Origin: Rhynchopus sp. YZ270_cl-10
Taxonomy: Eukaryota
Direction: 5' to 3'
Assembly (NCBI GenBank): GCA_964035575.1
Contig: OZ037838.1
Location: 310,001-374,000, forward strand
DNA: 64,000 bases
The position numbers were made by a program, and so were the translations under genes. A model generated the notes under the pieces. It saw only the letters and a program-made list of their open reading frames with translations. It was not told the DNA's origin and did no database searches. Shown one piece after another: positions 33,350-44,579 of the stretch. Every line of letters starts with the position of its first letter. Within the stretch, counting starts at the first letter, position 1.

Positions 33350-34371
33350 TGTTAGTTGTTTTGGTGTAAGCACTGTAAATTGGAGGGTGAAGAAAAAAGG
33401 TTACGAAAATCAAAACAGTGCAGGGGTGAAAAAAAGTAAAGAAAAGTTTATAAGATGATCCTAAGCCTCTCGTGCTTAGTCACCTAAAGAAAAGAACTCT
33501 AGATGCACCTAAGTCTCTCCTCCGTACGTCAAAAAAAAAACCCCCCCTCGGCAGAGCGGAGTGAGCGAACACGACGTTTGCTGGTCCCAGGAAGGGTCGG
33601 TGTTGCGGTCTATGTGTGTTGGCACGTTTGTTCACACATTCGACCAACCGTCCCATGGCATGATAGATCACGCTCACTTACCCATACAGAGAAGAAGTCC
33701 GCCAAGCAGTCATAGGAAGAACAAGGACCAAGATGAAGGGGGTGTTCAAAATATCGCTCTTTTTTTTGTTGTGTCGACAATCACCACGCATCACTTCGTC
33801 CCCCTAAAAGAAGGGGTGGAACAAAAGCTCTGTACTCAAAGTCGGCCGAAGCCTTTGTGCTGCAGAAGGTATAGATGTAGGCCGTCTTCAACCCTAAAGC
33901 GCAACTTTTATTTCTTCACTTATTTTGACTATTTTCCCAAATGTTGTGTTTGTAGGGCGTTTTCATTTTATTTTTTTTGGTATTTTTGTTGACGCTATCA
34001 AACGAGCACAACCGAAAATATTTATAGCAAGCGAGAGAGAAAAGTACAGTGACCCCTTTGTGATCATCCTCCAAACAAAACAGAACAAACCCGCAGACAC
34101 TGGGTCAATGCGATGCTCAATACAAAGTGTGGCAGAAATAAGTGAAACACACAGTGTACCTGCAGACGAAGGCCACTGGAAACAAAACTTAAACCATGGA
34201 TACGCCTCGTGAGCATCATCCAGAAAAAAAAGAAAGTTGAATTAAATCCCGCACACAGCTCAAATGTTCAATAAGAAATGAAGACGTGGCAACTCCACCC
34301 ACATCGAAAATACGCGAAGAAAAACCCGATTTTGTTTCAGGCATCCATTTCTAACATCCGTTCAGACTCGC

Positions 34372-37179
34372 TTACTTCGATGCCTTGCTCTTCTCAAGAC
34401 GATGACTCCGCCCAAAGTAGTACCCCACAGCCAGTACAGCAGCACAAGCAACAACAACCACGGCACCCCAAATCAAATGCATATTCACCTCTGACGTCTG
34501 CTGCTGCTGCCCAACATAAGCCTCACCATCACCCTTCCCCGTGAGCCGTGCACAGGCCACCACCCTCCCCTCATGCAGGAGCACAAGTGTGTGTCCACCC
34601 CGAAAGCTAGCATCGCTCGGCCGCAGCGCACCGGGCGAGTTCACCACGTTCAGGTAGTGGTGGGTGGCAGTGTAGGTGTACACCACAGGTGCGTCGTTGC
34701 TGTTCGCAGGGTTGCTTGCGTTCGTCACGATGCGCCGTGCAGACAGCATGTGTGGTGTCAGGTCACCCACGGGACAGTTGAAGACGTAGTCCTTTGCGTG
34801 TGAACTGTTCACGTACTCAAGGCAGTGTTTGGGGCTCTGTCGTTCGGCCCTTCCTTGCGAGGCGACCGTCGCAGCATAGGGGTCGAAGAGGTCCGTGTCA
34901 GGTGTGTAGCCCACAGCACACCCCTCAGGGTACTCCTCAAGACGTTTGGAGGAGATGTGGAAGGACACGTCCCTCAGCTCCTCCCCAGCACGCAGGGACA
35001 CACCGATCAGGGTGTCCTCCCACGGGCCCTTCTGCCAGATGTTCACAGAGCCACTCAGCTCCACTCCTGACATCTGCGTCGTTTCGTGTGAGAAGTCTGC
35101 CACAAGCGCAACCCCTTCACCTGCTTCCGTCTGTGGGACAATAAGAGCACAGTGCACCCCGTTCCCACGGAGCACAACCACCTTCCCCAGCGCAGACCCC
35201 CATCCACTTAATTCCAACGACGCGTCCTTGAACAGAGCCTTCTGTTCACGAAGCTTCCCAAACTTCCTTGTCATATCCCCCCTGCGGCAAATGAACGGCC
35301 AAAGATTCCTATCCTTCGTGACACAATCTCTGTGCAGCCCTGCCCTATGAGGGTCGAACACAGCATCATCAGGGATGGGGCACTTCCCGTCCACCCGTGG
35401 ATGGTACAGTCCCCAGTAGTACCCACCTGGCGGCTGTTCCTTCTCAAAGCTGTTCAAGAACTCAACATGCACCTCAGCATCCGACATGTAGGACTTCGTG
35501 ATGGTCACGCGAAGCTTCCCAGGGATCTCTGCAACTGCTGTCTTCGTGGCGAGCGGTTCCCACAGCTCCTCAGGTTCGTACAGCATCACCTCGTTCGCCG
35601 CCTCCCATGTGAACGGGGTGTCAAGTGTCCTCTGCAGAAACGCAAGTGTCGTCTGCTCCAACTCGACGGACGTTGCAAGGAACAGCATTTCCGTGTCGTG
35701 CACAGAAAGCCCCGACCGTATCAGCTCGTCCACAGCCGGGTACACCGACAGCACAACGTTCCCTGGTGTATCAGCCTCGATCTTGAGGATTCCGTGTTTT
35801 ATTTCTTGTTCTAGAACCCCACGCAGGGCAACGCTTTTGGCTTTCCCTGCAGAAAACTTGAAGACCACGTTCCCCAAGGAAAGTATACGTGGACGTGCAG
35901 TGTCCTGCGCGTAGCTCGTGCATGCTGGGCTACTCAGGAACCACATGCATATTGGTATGTAGTCGGTTTGTGACCTGCACAACAGCGCACTCTCTTGCGA
36001 CACGGGCACACGTGTGCCGTTCAGTTCCTCACCTGTGACCTCGTCCACGCAGAAGGCATACCCGCTACGCTTCTGCTGTGGTTCGTAGAGACCTGCCTTT
36101 GTGCAATTGACGTCTGTGCTGTTCGGGCAAAGTGCGCTACACGTTGTGCCAACTGCCAGCACGTCGGGGCAGAGCTCGACTTCGGTACAGCTGGACTTCC
36201 TGGCGTACTCCCCAACCACAGAATCTGCACAGGCAAGCTGTGCTTTCTTATACTGGACGCAGAGTGAGACTTCCGCACGATTCGCACACACATCCTCCTC
36301 AGGAGCGCCGGTTGGGGTGGTCCCTAGGGTGCACGTCCCACACGACACCTCGCACACGGAAGCAACCGTCTCCCCACCAGAGGCACGACCTGAAATGAGA
36401 TATCTCTTGGGTATTTGGGCGTCACATCCTAGAGGCAGTAAGAATTTGCACCCCTTCTTGACCACCGTCAGTATGTTGTCCCGACAGGACCACCGGTTTG
36501 TGATGTCGAGCTCGAAGATCTCTGCGTCGGGCGTCGCGTTTCCCCACCCATGCGGGTTGACCACGGTGTGCACTGCGGTGTGGATGTATGCAGGCACGGC
36601 TTTGGACGCGAGGGTCATCATCCTGTCTAGGTATTGCTGCTTCGATTCAAGAGGAACAGGCTTCCCATAGAGGGACAGCACGACGGAGCTCAGGTTGAGC
36701 GCAAGCGTATGGCGTCGCCGATCGTGGTAACCGACGTCCTCTATACCGTGTGTATCTGCAGTGTGGATGGTGACGAGGTTGTTGGCTTCATACGTCGGCA
36801 CCCATTCTCTGAACAACACAGCTGTGCTTGCGGTGGGGCAGTCAGCAATGTCCACGCAGCCTAACGACCCGCACGCAAACTTCGCATTGGGTGTGTGCCC
36901 GCAGACCACACTGCATACGTTGTACAGTATGTCCCCTGCCACATCGTCTGTCTTCCCCACCTCATACCTCTTTCTGTGCCAACTGTGACTCTCAAAATAC
37001 TTCCCCAGCACAGCGTCGTTCCGCCCATTGAAGAACTTCTCTGGCTGCGATGCATTCATGTACCAGCACGCATCCGACACAGAACAGTAGTGCTCACCCT
37101 CCCTGCACTGCGGCAAGGGCGACAGCGGCACTGCAGACAGAGGCAGAAGCAGTGCCACCCATAGGCTGCTCCTCACCAT
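34372..37179 (-). CDS. Type I membrane protein: signal peptide, Cys-rich region, thyroglobulin type-1 domain, two degenerate Cu/Zn-SOD-fold repeats, C-terminal TM helix (935 aa)
   Basis: MVRSSLWVALLLPLSA; CTKAGLYEPQQKRSGYAFCVDEVTGEELNGTRV; CRRGDMTRKFGKL..LSGWGSALGKVVVL..CALI and CPVGDLTPH..GHTLVLLH..VACARL; IWGAVVVVACAAVLAVGYYF. Confidence 0.85.
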   Translation of the reverse strand: MVRSSLWVALLLPLSAVPLSPLPQCREGEHYCSVSDACWYMNASQPEKFFNGRNDAVLGKYFESHSWHRKRYEVGKTDDVAGDILYNVCSVVCGHTPNAKFACGSLGCVDIADCPTASTAVLFREWVPTYEANNLVTIHTADTHGIEDVGYHDRRRHTLALNLSSVVLSLYGKPVPLESKQQYLDRMMTLASKAVPAYIHTAVHTVVNPHGWGNATPDAEIFELDITNRWSCRDNILTVVKKGCKFLLPLGCDAQIPKRYLISGRASGGETVASVCEVSCGTCTLGTTPTGAPEEDVCANRAEVSLCVQYKKAQLACADSVVGEYARKSSCTEVELCPDVLAVGTTCSALCPNSTDVNCTKAGLYEPQQKRSGYAFCVDEVTGEELNGTRVPVSQESALLCRSQTDYIPICMWFLSSPACTSYAQDTARPRILSLGNVVFKFSAGKAKSVALRGVLEQEIKHGILKIEADTPGNVVLSVYPAVDELIRSGLSVHDTEMLFLATSVELEQTTLAFLQRTLDTPFTWEAANEVMLYEPEELWEPLATKTAVAEIPGKLRVTITKSYMSDAEVHVEFLNSFEKEQPPGGYYWGLYHPRVDGKCPIPDDAVFDPHRAGLHRDCVTKDRNLWPFICRRGDMTRKFGKLREQKALFKDASLELSGWGSALGKVVVLRGNGVHCALIVPQTEAGEGVALVADFSHETTQMSGVELSGSVNIWQKGPWEDTLIGVSLRAGEELRDVSFHISSKRLEEYPEGCAVGYTPDTDLFDPYAATVASQGRAERQSPKHCLEYVNSSHAKDYVFNCPVGDLTPHMLSARRIVTNASNPANSNDAPVVYTYTATHHYLNVVNSPGALRPSDASFRGGHTLVLLHEGRVVACARLTGKGDGEAYVGQQQQTSEVNMHLIWGAVVVVACAAVLAVGYYFGRSHRLEKSKASK

Positions 37180-37555
37180 TGCATCTAGCACCCCACCCCA
37201 CCCCCGTTCTCTTTACCCCCCGTGTTCTCTGGATTATGGATGTGTTGCTGATTTGTGTCCCCAGGGAGGAGAGAGAGAGAAAGAGAAAGAGAGCATATTA
37301 TGAAACAAAACGTCCAATCTTATTTTCGATAGTACAGTTCTAACACCTCTAAAAAAGAAATCTAATTTAATGGCAAAAAAAAAAGGAGGATTTGGGGGAA
37401 GGGAAGATTTGGCTATCGGTCGTGAGCCTTGTGTGCTTGAGTCTCATCGTTAAAAAAATAGTTATTGATGCAGGTACACACCCTCCGACCTACGCTCCCA
37501 GATCCGGAACAGCACAATACAAAAAAAAATTTAGAAGATGAACCTAAAGCTGTCT

Positions 37556-40500
37556 TCATTCCCGTCGCCCTCCGTCTGCTGGGCGCATGCTTCCTCCTGC
37601 TCCCCCTTCACCCCCTTGCAGCGAGAAGCTCCCGAACCGTTCTCTCGGCTTGCGACGCAGTTGCTGCTGGCGCACGATAGGGGGGATCGGGGGGACGTCG
37701 TCGGTACTGCCGACACCACCTACACCACTGAGCCGGCTGCCTGCGTGATACATATTGTAGGGCGAACGGTCCTCGGTGTCGCCGGACTCTGTCTCACTAG
37801 GGGGGACGTGCACCGCACCACCACCACCACCCCCACCACCACCTTCCTCTTTATCAAACGGCCACAACTGCCTGCCCACCCAAGACGCTATGCGTCTTGC
37901 AGGACTCTGCGACCGTTGGTCCTCCTGCTGCACGACACCTTTCCTGACGTGCTTTGTTTTGGTCAGCCTGGAGCGTAGGTTAGGCGACATCTGTTGGGTA
38001 GGGCTTGCACTTTGGATGCGGTGCGACACACCAGAGGGGAGGAGCTTGCGTGATGTCTGCGTGGAGATCGTGACTGGGAGGGTCGGTGCGGGGGGTGGGG
38101 GTGGGGGTGGTGGGGACTCGCTGTGGTGGAGGGTCTTTTCGACGTCGTCGAGGAGCTGGGCGTGCTGTTGTGCTTCGGTGTGTTGTCTTTGCCTGCCTGA
38201 ATGGTGCTCTCTGAGGATATCGTGGACGCCGCCTGAAAAGCCGTCGTGCATGCCTGAGGATGGCTCCCACGGTGCGAAGAGCTCGGGGACTGGAGGGGAG
38301 GTGCCCATAGACGGTACCTTGTCGCTGAGGACGAGGTCGTCGTCACCTGAGTAGGATGTGTCGGCGTTGCTTGCGAGGGACATAGACATGGATTCGCGGC
38401 GTTCGCGCATCTCGTCGCGTTGCTGCTGCTGCCGTGCCTGTTTGTATTCAAGAGTGCTAAATGGATCCGGCGGGGAAAGCAGTGTCCCCACAACAAACTC
38501 CCTAAAGTCAACCGGAAGATGCTTAAACTTTTCCCAGAATGCACGCAATGTTGTCCCAATTCTGTCCGCAACGGACCGAATAAAACGTTCCGATACAAGA
38601 TACAGAATGCATCTGGAAAGAAAACGGAGTGTAAAGAGACAAAGGTTGACGCAGCCTCGGTAGCTTAGCGTTGCGCCACGTGAGGCACTCTGCTGGACTC
38701 TGCGCAAAGCGTTGTGCACAGTGCCGATGACGGTGCGGAGTGCACGGTCTAGCATTCGCACCGTATATTCCACGGCAATGGCGGCGTGGGTGGCGACGAA
38801 GTCGAGCACAGCTGAGCACACTGTTCTCGTTTTGTGCGGAACGGCGCCTGCCAGGTAGAACGCACGCTTCACATAGTACGCAGCGTGCGGCACACCCGAA
38901 CGCTGCAGGACTCCAACCAAGTAGGTGTAGACATCCTTCAAGAAGCGTTGTCTCGGTGTGTGCAGATGCACCGCAAGGGGGCAACGTTCAACCCCACGCT
39001 CCATCCCGCTGCAGCACGACCAATGGGGTCCAGGGACAAGCGGACGGCGAAGTGGTTTGAGGAAGTGCTCGCAGTCATAGCGGATCGTGCCTGGTATCTT
39101 GGTGCATTCTTGCACCCAGTCTCCAACGTGTTCGTGGCGTCTGCGGAGCTGAACGCAGTGTGTGGAGGTAGCGTCGCTACAGCTGCAGCAGCGCCAGGAA
39201 CTCCCCTCCCATGGTTTGTCATGTGTCCGTCTCGTTCGGATTGGGACCAACTCAGATCCGTCATCGTCCTCTTCCGCTCCGGTGAGGATTTTGTGGAACT
39301 GCGCGCTTGCGAGCCATACACAGAAACGTACGATGGAGCTTCCCCAGAAGCGGCGGACAATGAAAGAGACGACTGCAGAGGCGAGCACGTTGACACGCAG
39401 CACATCGATGAAGACTTTGCGCAACACAAACCGGACGACAACGTTGAACACCACCCGCGTCAGCACCATCCACAACACCCACAACACCACACGGACCACC
39501 CAATACGGCGTCTTCGCCGCTGCCCGCCCGAAGGCAACAAACCGCGTCTTCCACGTCAGATACCTCTCCAATGGTGTTGTCCCTCCTGCAAGCCACCCCC
39601 CAAGCGCACCTCTCATCGCCCCTACACGCCCTCCCAGCACTGCCAAATAACGACGGTGCGCCGACATCGGGGTCTGGATCTCTTCTCCCAGGCTCTCCTC
39701 CTCCTCTTCCTCCTCCCCATCCCCCTCTTCCTCAAGGAGCGAAGACGCTGTGTCCGCGGGCACATCCTCACACATGCCCTGCACCTGATATGACGGTGGC
39801 GGCTCCCACCCTTCCGGCAGCGGTGTGGCACGTTGCCGCCGCAGGGCCTGCTCTGCATTGCTGTTGCTACCCCCCTGCCGTTCCAGAAGCTCCCTTTGCA
39901 CCGTATCCTGCACCCGCACAACGTCCTCAAGAGACAACCCTGGAGGCTCCTGAAATTCTAGAAACCCTGGGATTGGAACTGAATTGTCTTGCAGCGCTGT
40001 ACCATACGAGGAAGGAAGAGTCGTAGGAATCGCTTTTGTCGCTGTACGCACAAAACCGCTCGCATCCAGCAAACTATCCCTATACGAAGTCGGCAGACGC
40101 TGCAACTCCGACAACTCATTGTCGTCCAGGATTGGCCCGCCCTCATCCTCCTCATCCTCATCCTCAAACCCAAACAGATCCTCCAGCATATCCAATACCA
40201 TGTTTATCCCGGACCTGAGAGGAGCGACCTCACGTCCAGAAACGTATACCTTTTGTTGTCCTAAACCCCATCCTGGAGGCGGCTCTTCAGAGGCAATGCT
40301 GTAATCAGATAAACAAATCTCTGAGGGTGATGAGCCTTCGGAGGTGTAGTAGGATATGCCGTCTATACCGCTTTCTAACTCAGCTAGGGAAGGGAAGATG
40401 TGGAGGAGGTGGGTCCGCAGGTACGAATAGACCCCGACAGCGATGAGGGTGTTGATGAGAAGCAGGCGTGGGGAGAGGACTGCCGCCTCGTGGCGGAGAT

Positions 40501-41419
40501 ACCCTGCGGTGAGACGCAGTGCAATGCAGGCTACCAAGGTGCCTACTCCAACAGAGAGCATCCATAAGGCCTTTACACGCCCTTCTTCAGATCGCTCTTC
40601 ATTATGCTTTGTGTACACCGATTTTGCCTTTGGGAGTAGAATTTCAAGCCGTCGTAACTCCCCTACCTGTTGTCGATACTCCGCAGCTTGGGAAGGAGAT
40701 TCAAACACAGTGTCATACGGAGGTCGTAGCGCCTCATTTCGAGGACGAAATATATGTTGTACTGCGGAAACAAAATGGGCAGGCGCAGAATCGGATCCTC
40801 CAGTGAAGCTGCAAACCCCGGGGGAGGCTGTGAGATGCAGTACCGTGGCGTTTGCGAAGGTACGTTTCAAAGCTGAGTCACGCCATTGCCGTACACCATC
40901 CTCCATTTCATCAATGAAGACCACAACGTGAGGTGCATGCACCACCGAAATGCTTTGGTTGCCCCAATCCATCCCCCCATCAGCGATGTTTCCAATCCTC
41001 CTTGCAAACCCATTTTGTTTCAACGCAGCGTTTCGGAGAACCGGATGCAGGTACACACAGGTCGTATTTGATACCGTTGCCATACCGTTTCCTGCACCAT
41101 GCGTCATACAATGACGTTGAGAGCGTGCGCTTTCATAAAATAAAGGTAGCGGAGGAGCAGAACTGAGGGCCCCAAAAACGCCGTTCGCAAAGCAGTGTCC
41201 AGTACCAGGCACTGCAGAGAGAACCGCGACGTTGACGATGGGTAGTTCTTCGAGTCCGTCTCCCTCTTCTAGCATCGCCTCTTCTTCAAGCATCGCGACG
41301 TCCGTTGCGGCATCGATTCCAAGCCACCAAGAGAGTGAGGTGAAGCTGGGTGGGATGGGTGTAGATGGAATCGTCTCAGCATGCACGACAAGAAGGCATG
41401 CGAAGGCAACAATACGCAT
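37556..41419 (-). CDS. Large hypothetical multi-pass membrane protein with BTK-type Zn-finger-like motifs (1287 aa)
   Basis: Long ORF from ATG 41419 (MRIVAFACLLVVHA signal-like); several hydrophobic helices; HDKPWEGSSWRCCS..C and HWSCCSG..C; low-complexity C-terminus. Confidence 0.8.
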   Translation of the reverse strand: MRIVAFACLLVVHAETIPSTPIPPSFTSLSWWLGIDAATDVAMLEEEAMLEEGDGLEELPIVNVAVLSAVPGTGHCFANGVFGALSSAPPLPLFYESARSQRHCMTHGAGNGMATVSNTTCVYLHPVLRNAALKQNGFARRIGNIADGGMDWGNQSISVVHAPHVVVFIDEMEDGVRQWRDSALKRTFANATVLHLTASPGVCSFTGGSDSAPAHFVSAVQHIFRPRNEALRPPYDTVFESPSQAAEYRQQVGELRRLEILLPKAKSVYTKHNEERSEEGRVKALWMLSVGVGTLVACIALRLTAGYLRHEAAVLSPRLLLINTLIAVGVYSYLRTHLLHIFPSLAELESGIDGISYYTSEGSSPSEICLSDYSIASEEPPPGWGLGQQKVYVSGREVAPLRSGINMVLDMLEDLFGFEDEDEEDEGGPILDDNELSELQRLPTSYRDSLLDASGFVRTATKAIPTTLPSSYGTALQDNSVPIPGFLEFQEPPGLSLEDVVRVQDTVQRELLERQGGSNSNAEQALRRQRATPLPEGWEPPPSYQVQGMCEDVPADTASSLLEEEGDGEEEEEEESLGEEIQTPMSAHRRYLAVLGGRVGAMRGALGGWLAGGTTPLERYLTWKTRFVAFGRAAAKTPYWVVRVVLWVLWMVLTRVVFNVVVRFVLRKVFIDVLRVNVLASAVVSFIVRRFWGSSIVRFCVWLASAQFHKILTGAEEDDDGSELVPIRTRRTHDKPWEGSSWRCCSCSDATSTHCVQLRRRHEHVGDWVQECTKIPGTIRYDCEHFLKPLRRPLVPGPHWSCCSGMERGVERCPLAVHLHTPRQRFLKDVYTYLVGVLQRSGVPHAAYYVKRAFYLAGAVPHKTRTVCSAVLDFVATHAAIAVEYTVRMLDRALRTVIGTVHNALRRVQQSASRGATLSYRGCVNLCLFTLRFLSRCILYLVSERFIRSVADRIGTTLRAFWEKFKHLPVDFREFVVGTLLSPPDPFSTLEYKQARQQQQRDEMRERRESMSMSLASNADTSYSGDDDLVLSDKVPSMGTSPPVPELFAPWEPSSGMHDGFSGGVHDILREHHSGRQRQHTEAQQHAQLLDDVEKTLHHSESPPPPPPPPAPTLPVTISTQTSRKLLPSGVSHRIQSASPTQQMSPNLRSRLTKTKHVRKGVVQQEDQRSQSPARRIASWVGRQLWPFDKEEGGGGGGGGGAVHVPPSETESGDTEDRSPYNMYHAGSRLSGVGGVGSTDDVPPIPPIVRQQQLRRKPRERFGSFSLQGGEGGAGGSMRPADGGRRE

Positions 41420-42384
41420 TTTTGAAAGGGGGAAAAAAATAAGAAAAAAACACAAATAAATATTCTAAAAGAGAAACAATCGATGTAGGTACCCCTCAAC
41501 CCTAAGCCTGAATCTTAGTCACTAAAGGAGAGAAAAGAGGGCTCCTCCAAAATAGCTGTGTGTTTCAAAAAGGAAGGAAGGGAAGGGGGAGTGAAAGAGG
41601 GGGAGAGGGGAGCCCCCTTTGGTAGGGTTTGCCAGAAAGCGGCCTTTTTTTGTAAGACCTGTGGGGGATGGTGGAGTGGGGGGTTGCTGGTGGGGGGGAG
41701 AAGACATAGAAACTTAACACTCATCACACGATAAAACCCATGGGAGAGGTTGTGGTGAAACGCACAACACCTCGACCTGTTTGGTGAGGAGTGGCTCTGC
41801 AGTGCGGTTCGTCCCTAGAACCGCAAAGTGTGTTCAAAGTGCGTTGTTTCTATTTCCTCCTTCATTTCATGAGGTGACAGAAGAAAAGTGTTATAAACAA
41901 ATAGATAGGGGCTATGCCGGGGGGGGGGGGGTTTTTTGTTGTGGTAACGTTGTGAGCTTGAGGGAAAAGACCCCATCCCTCCCCTCCCCTCCCCACCCAA
42001 GAAAAGGGGGGGGGGGGGGGAGGGAGGGGCTACAGTTGTTAAAGAGAGTTCCGCCTAAAAGTAACTTCCTCCAATCGATTTCAATCCTGCCTGTTTTTTT
42101 TTTTGGGGCGTACCATTTTCTTTAACCACTGTATGCCGTGTGCTTTCACTTCCTATAGTGGGAAGGGGAATATATTGTATACTGTGCGTAATACGCAACT
42201 ATATATGACATGACCGCCTTGGAGGCTTTCCCAGTCTGGATGTTTGTAATTTTTTATAGCTCTGTTGTAGGAGGGAAAGGGTAGGCAGAAAAGGCGCACA
42301 GCACACAGCACCCTGTACGGGGTAACATGGTAACTAACATTTTTTTTTGGGGGGAGGGGAAAAAAAGAGAGAGAGAGAAAGAGG

Positions 42385-42591
42385 GTGAGGTGAGCCTAAA
42401 CCTCACATTGCTGACACGGTGACCCTGTACCTGGGGTAACATGATATTAAAAAAAACATGATTTTTTTTGTGTGTTACGTTGAAATGCATGTTGTAACAT
42501 GAGATTTGCGTGTTTTTGCCTGTATTTCATGCAAAAAGCATGTTCCTCAGCATGTTACCGTTTTAATGTTACCCGGGTGACATGGTCACCG
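42385..42591. repeat. ~210-bp dispersed repeat with internal CACGGTGACC-type inverted ends; second copy at ~53550-53769
   Basis: gtgagcct..cctcacattgctgacacggtgaccctgtacctggggtaacatg...catgttacc...acatggtcaccg at both sites. Confidence 0.8.
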
Positions 42592-43655
42592 AGAGAATAG
42601 GTGAAAGAGCGTCTTGTCTTGTTTGCTACCGAAAACAAACAAAAAGTAATAGCGATAATAATGGAGCAAAGGTTCGTGTCTTGTTTTCTCCTCTGGTCAG
42701 GCAAATTGCGAATATATAAAAAGTTGACACCGTGTGAAGACACCCTTGGCGTTGCGGCATTGTTACACACAAGACCCTGATGTGGATTCGTCCCCCTGTA
42801 ATCATCTCGCTTGCTTCGACAGAGACACAACACGCCCTACCCCGGCCACCTGACAAGATTTGCGCAAAAACATGCGCAAATCTTGTCAAAAAAAAATAAT
42901 TGGGAGATTACTTTCTGCATACACACACACGAGAATGCGCAATAGACCCCAGTGACTCTCGTGGCTACCACTAGTAGGTGCAAAGGGAGACACGTACATC
43001 AGCGTGCTGATGAAGGGAGACAACTTGCTTTTTTGACCTGTTGGTAAGTGTAGCTGCCATTCAGACAGTCTTCCACATTTTTTTTACCCCCAGGAAAACA
43101 ACATGAGAAAGGACGACAAAAAATTGAAAATAAATATTTTGTTTTGATGCACATGCCCTGCATATCCACTCATCTACACGGTGCACTAGTTAAGACATTA
43201 ACAAGTGGGTTCACATGCTATATAACAAGTGAAAAATGACTCACAAGTACCACTTGCTGCTAGCAAGTTTTATTGTATCAATGGGGTGCCGGGGCTATTG
43301 AAGTATTGTAAAAAAAGGGCACGTGAAAAATCAAAGAGGTGGGGTTGGGGAGTGATCGCGATTAGTCACCTGAACAAAAAATACTACAGTGCCAAGAGCT
43401 AATCTTCACCCACACAGGAAAAAAACAGGAAACGCAAGGGGGAGGACTTTTGCACCTCGTTTGTACGCTTCCACCAACACAACAAAAGAAAAGACAGAAA
43501 CTACAAAGCCGGCACAGCTGCCGGAAGCTATCCACCCACACCCCTCGGTAGGTTGCACTACACTACGACCATGCTTTCTTTGTACATCACAGCATAACAC
43601 ACGATTACAACAAGCACACACACACACGCACTCTACTCACAATCCAACCTTTTCC

Positions 43656-44579
43656 TTACACCCTCCGCCCCAAAGCCTCCTTGAGCACCATCCCACCGTC
43701 ACATGCGTTGTTCACCTCTAAGAAGTTGATGTTCGGGAACCACCCTAAGGCAAGCTTCTCTGCAAGGTGCGCGTTGATCTTCGACTTCAGCTCATCCTTG
43801 ACAAGCGAGCTGTCCGTCACGACACCGATGGGGATGGTGTCGGCACCTTCCTGCCACAGCGCCTGCAGCTGCACGAAGGTGTCCTTCTGCAACGGCTTTG
43901 CCGACGTTCTGTTCAGGTACAGATACATAAGGTCGAACGCAGTGTCCTCGTGGCTGCTCCCAACATGGCAACCAACGGCAAGCCCGACCCCCCTCTTTGC
44001 GGGACGCACAACATCACCCTCAGACACCTTGTATTTGTAAGGGGGGTAGCACGTCACCGTAGGCTCGTAGTTGCTAGCATGGCAGCCATGCGGGACAGCC
44101 AAGATGGACCCTCCACTGCCCTGCTTTCCAAGCGAGACTGCGCGCTCAAAGGTGGTCGTAGGGAGGTCGGAACAGTTGAGGATGGTGATGTTGAGCGATG
44201 TAAACAGAACTTCTGCCAAATCAGTGCAGGAGTCGCCGTCACAATGTGTCACGTCGAGGAGAGCAAGCTCGCCCGTGTTGGAGCTGTTGGCTGCCCAGGT
44301 CAGGACGTCCTTGAACGCTACCTCTGGTTTGGTGGGTACAGGAACCACGCCGTGGTGGAGCTTCAGCTTCCCCTCCTTCACCTCAAGACGGATGTCCAAT
44401 GCGCGTGCGCCGCATGTGAGCTGCTCGTCGAAGCGTCCCTTCTGTGTGATGGTCCAGTCGTACACCTCCTTGTCGATGATGTTTTCCTTCAGGTACCCCG
44501 TCGCGCTGTCGTGTGCCATCAGCATAGGGGTTTCGGTCAAGAGTGCCGAAAAGACACTGCTAACTATTGCGCACAGCAT
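43656..44579 (-). CDS. PI-PLC X-domain / PLC-like phosphodiesterase, probably secreted (307 aa)
   Basis: MAHDSAT, TQ...EQLTCGARALDIRL, LHHG catalytic motifs; likely start ATG 44579 (MLCAIVSSVFSALL). Confidence 0.85.
   Translation of the reverse strand: MLCAIVSSVFSALLTETPMLMAHDSATGYLKENIIDKEVYDWTITQKGRFDEQLTCGARALDIRLEVKEGKLKLHHGVVPVPTKPEVAFKDVLTWAANSSNTGELALLDVTHCDGDSCTDLAEVLFTSLNITILNCSDLPTTTFERAVSLGKQGSGGSILAVPHGCHASNYEPTVTCYPPYKYKVSEGDVVRPAKRGVGLAVGCHVGSSHEDTAFDLMYLYLNRTSAKPLQKDTFVQLQALWQEGADTIPIGVVTDSSLVKDELKSKINAHLAEKLALGWFPNINFLEVNNACDGGMVLKEALGRRV

Noticed and set aside
38834..39793. 319-aa plus-strand ORF and other antisense ORFs over GC-rich genes
   Set aside because: Shadows of minus-strand CDSs; no independent motifs
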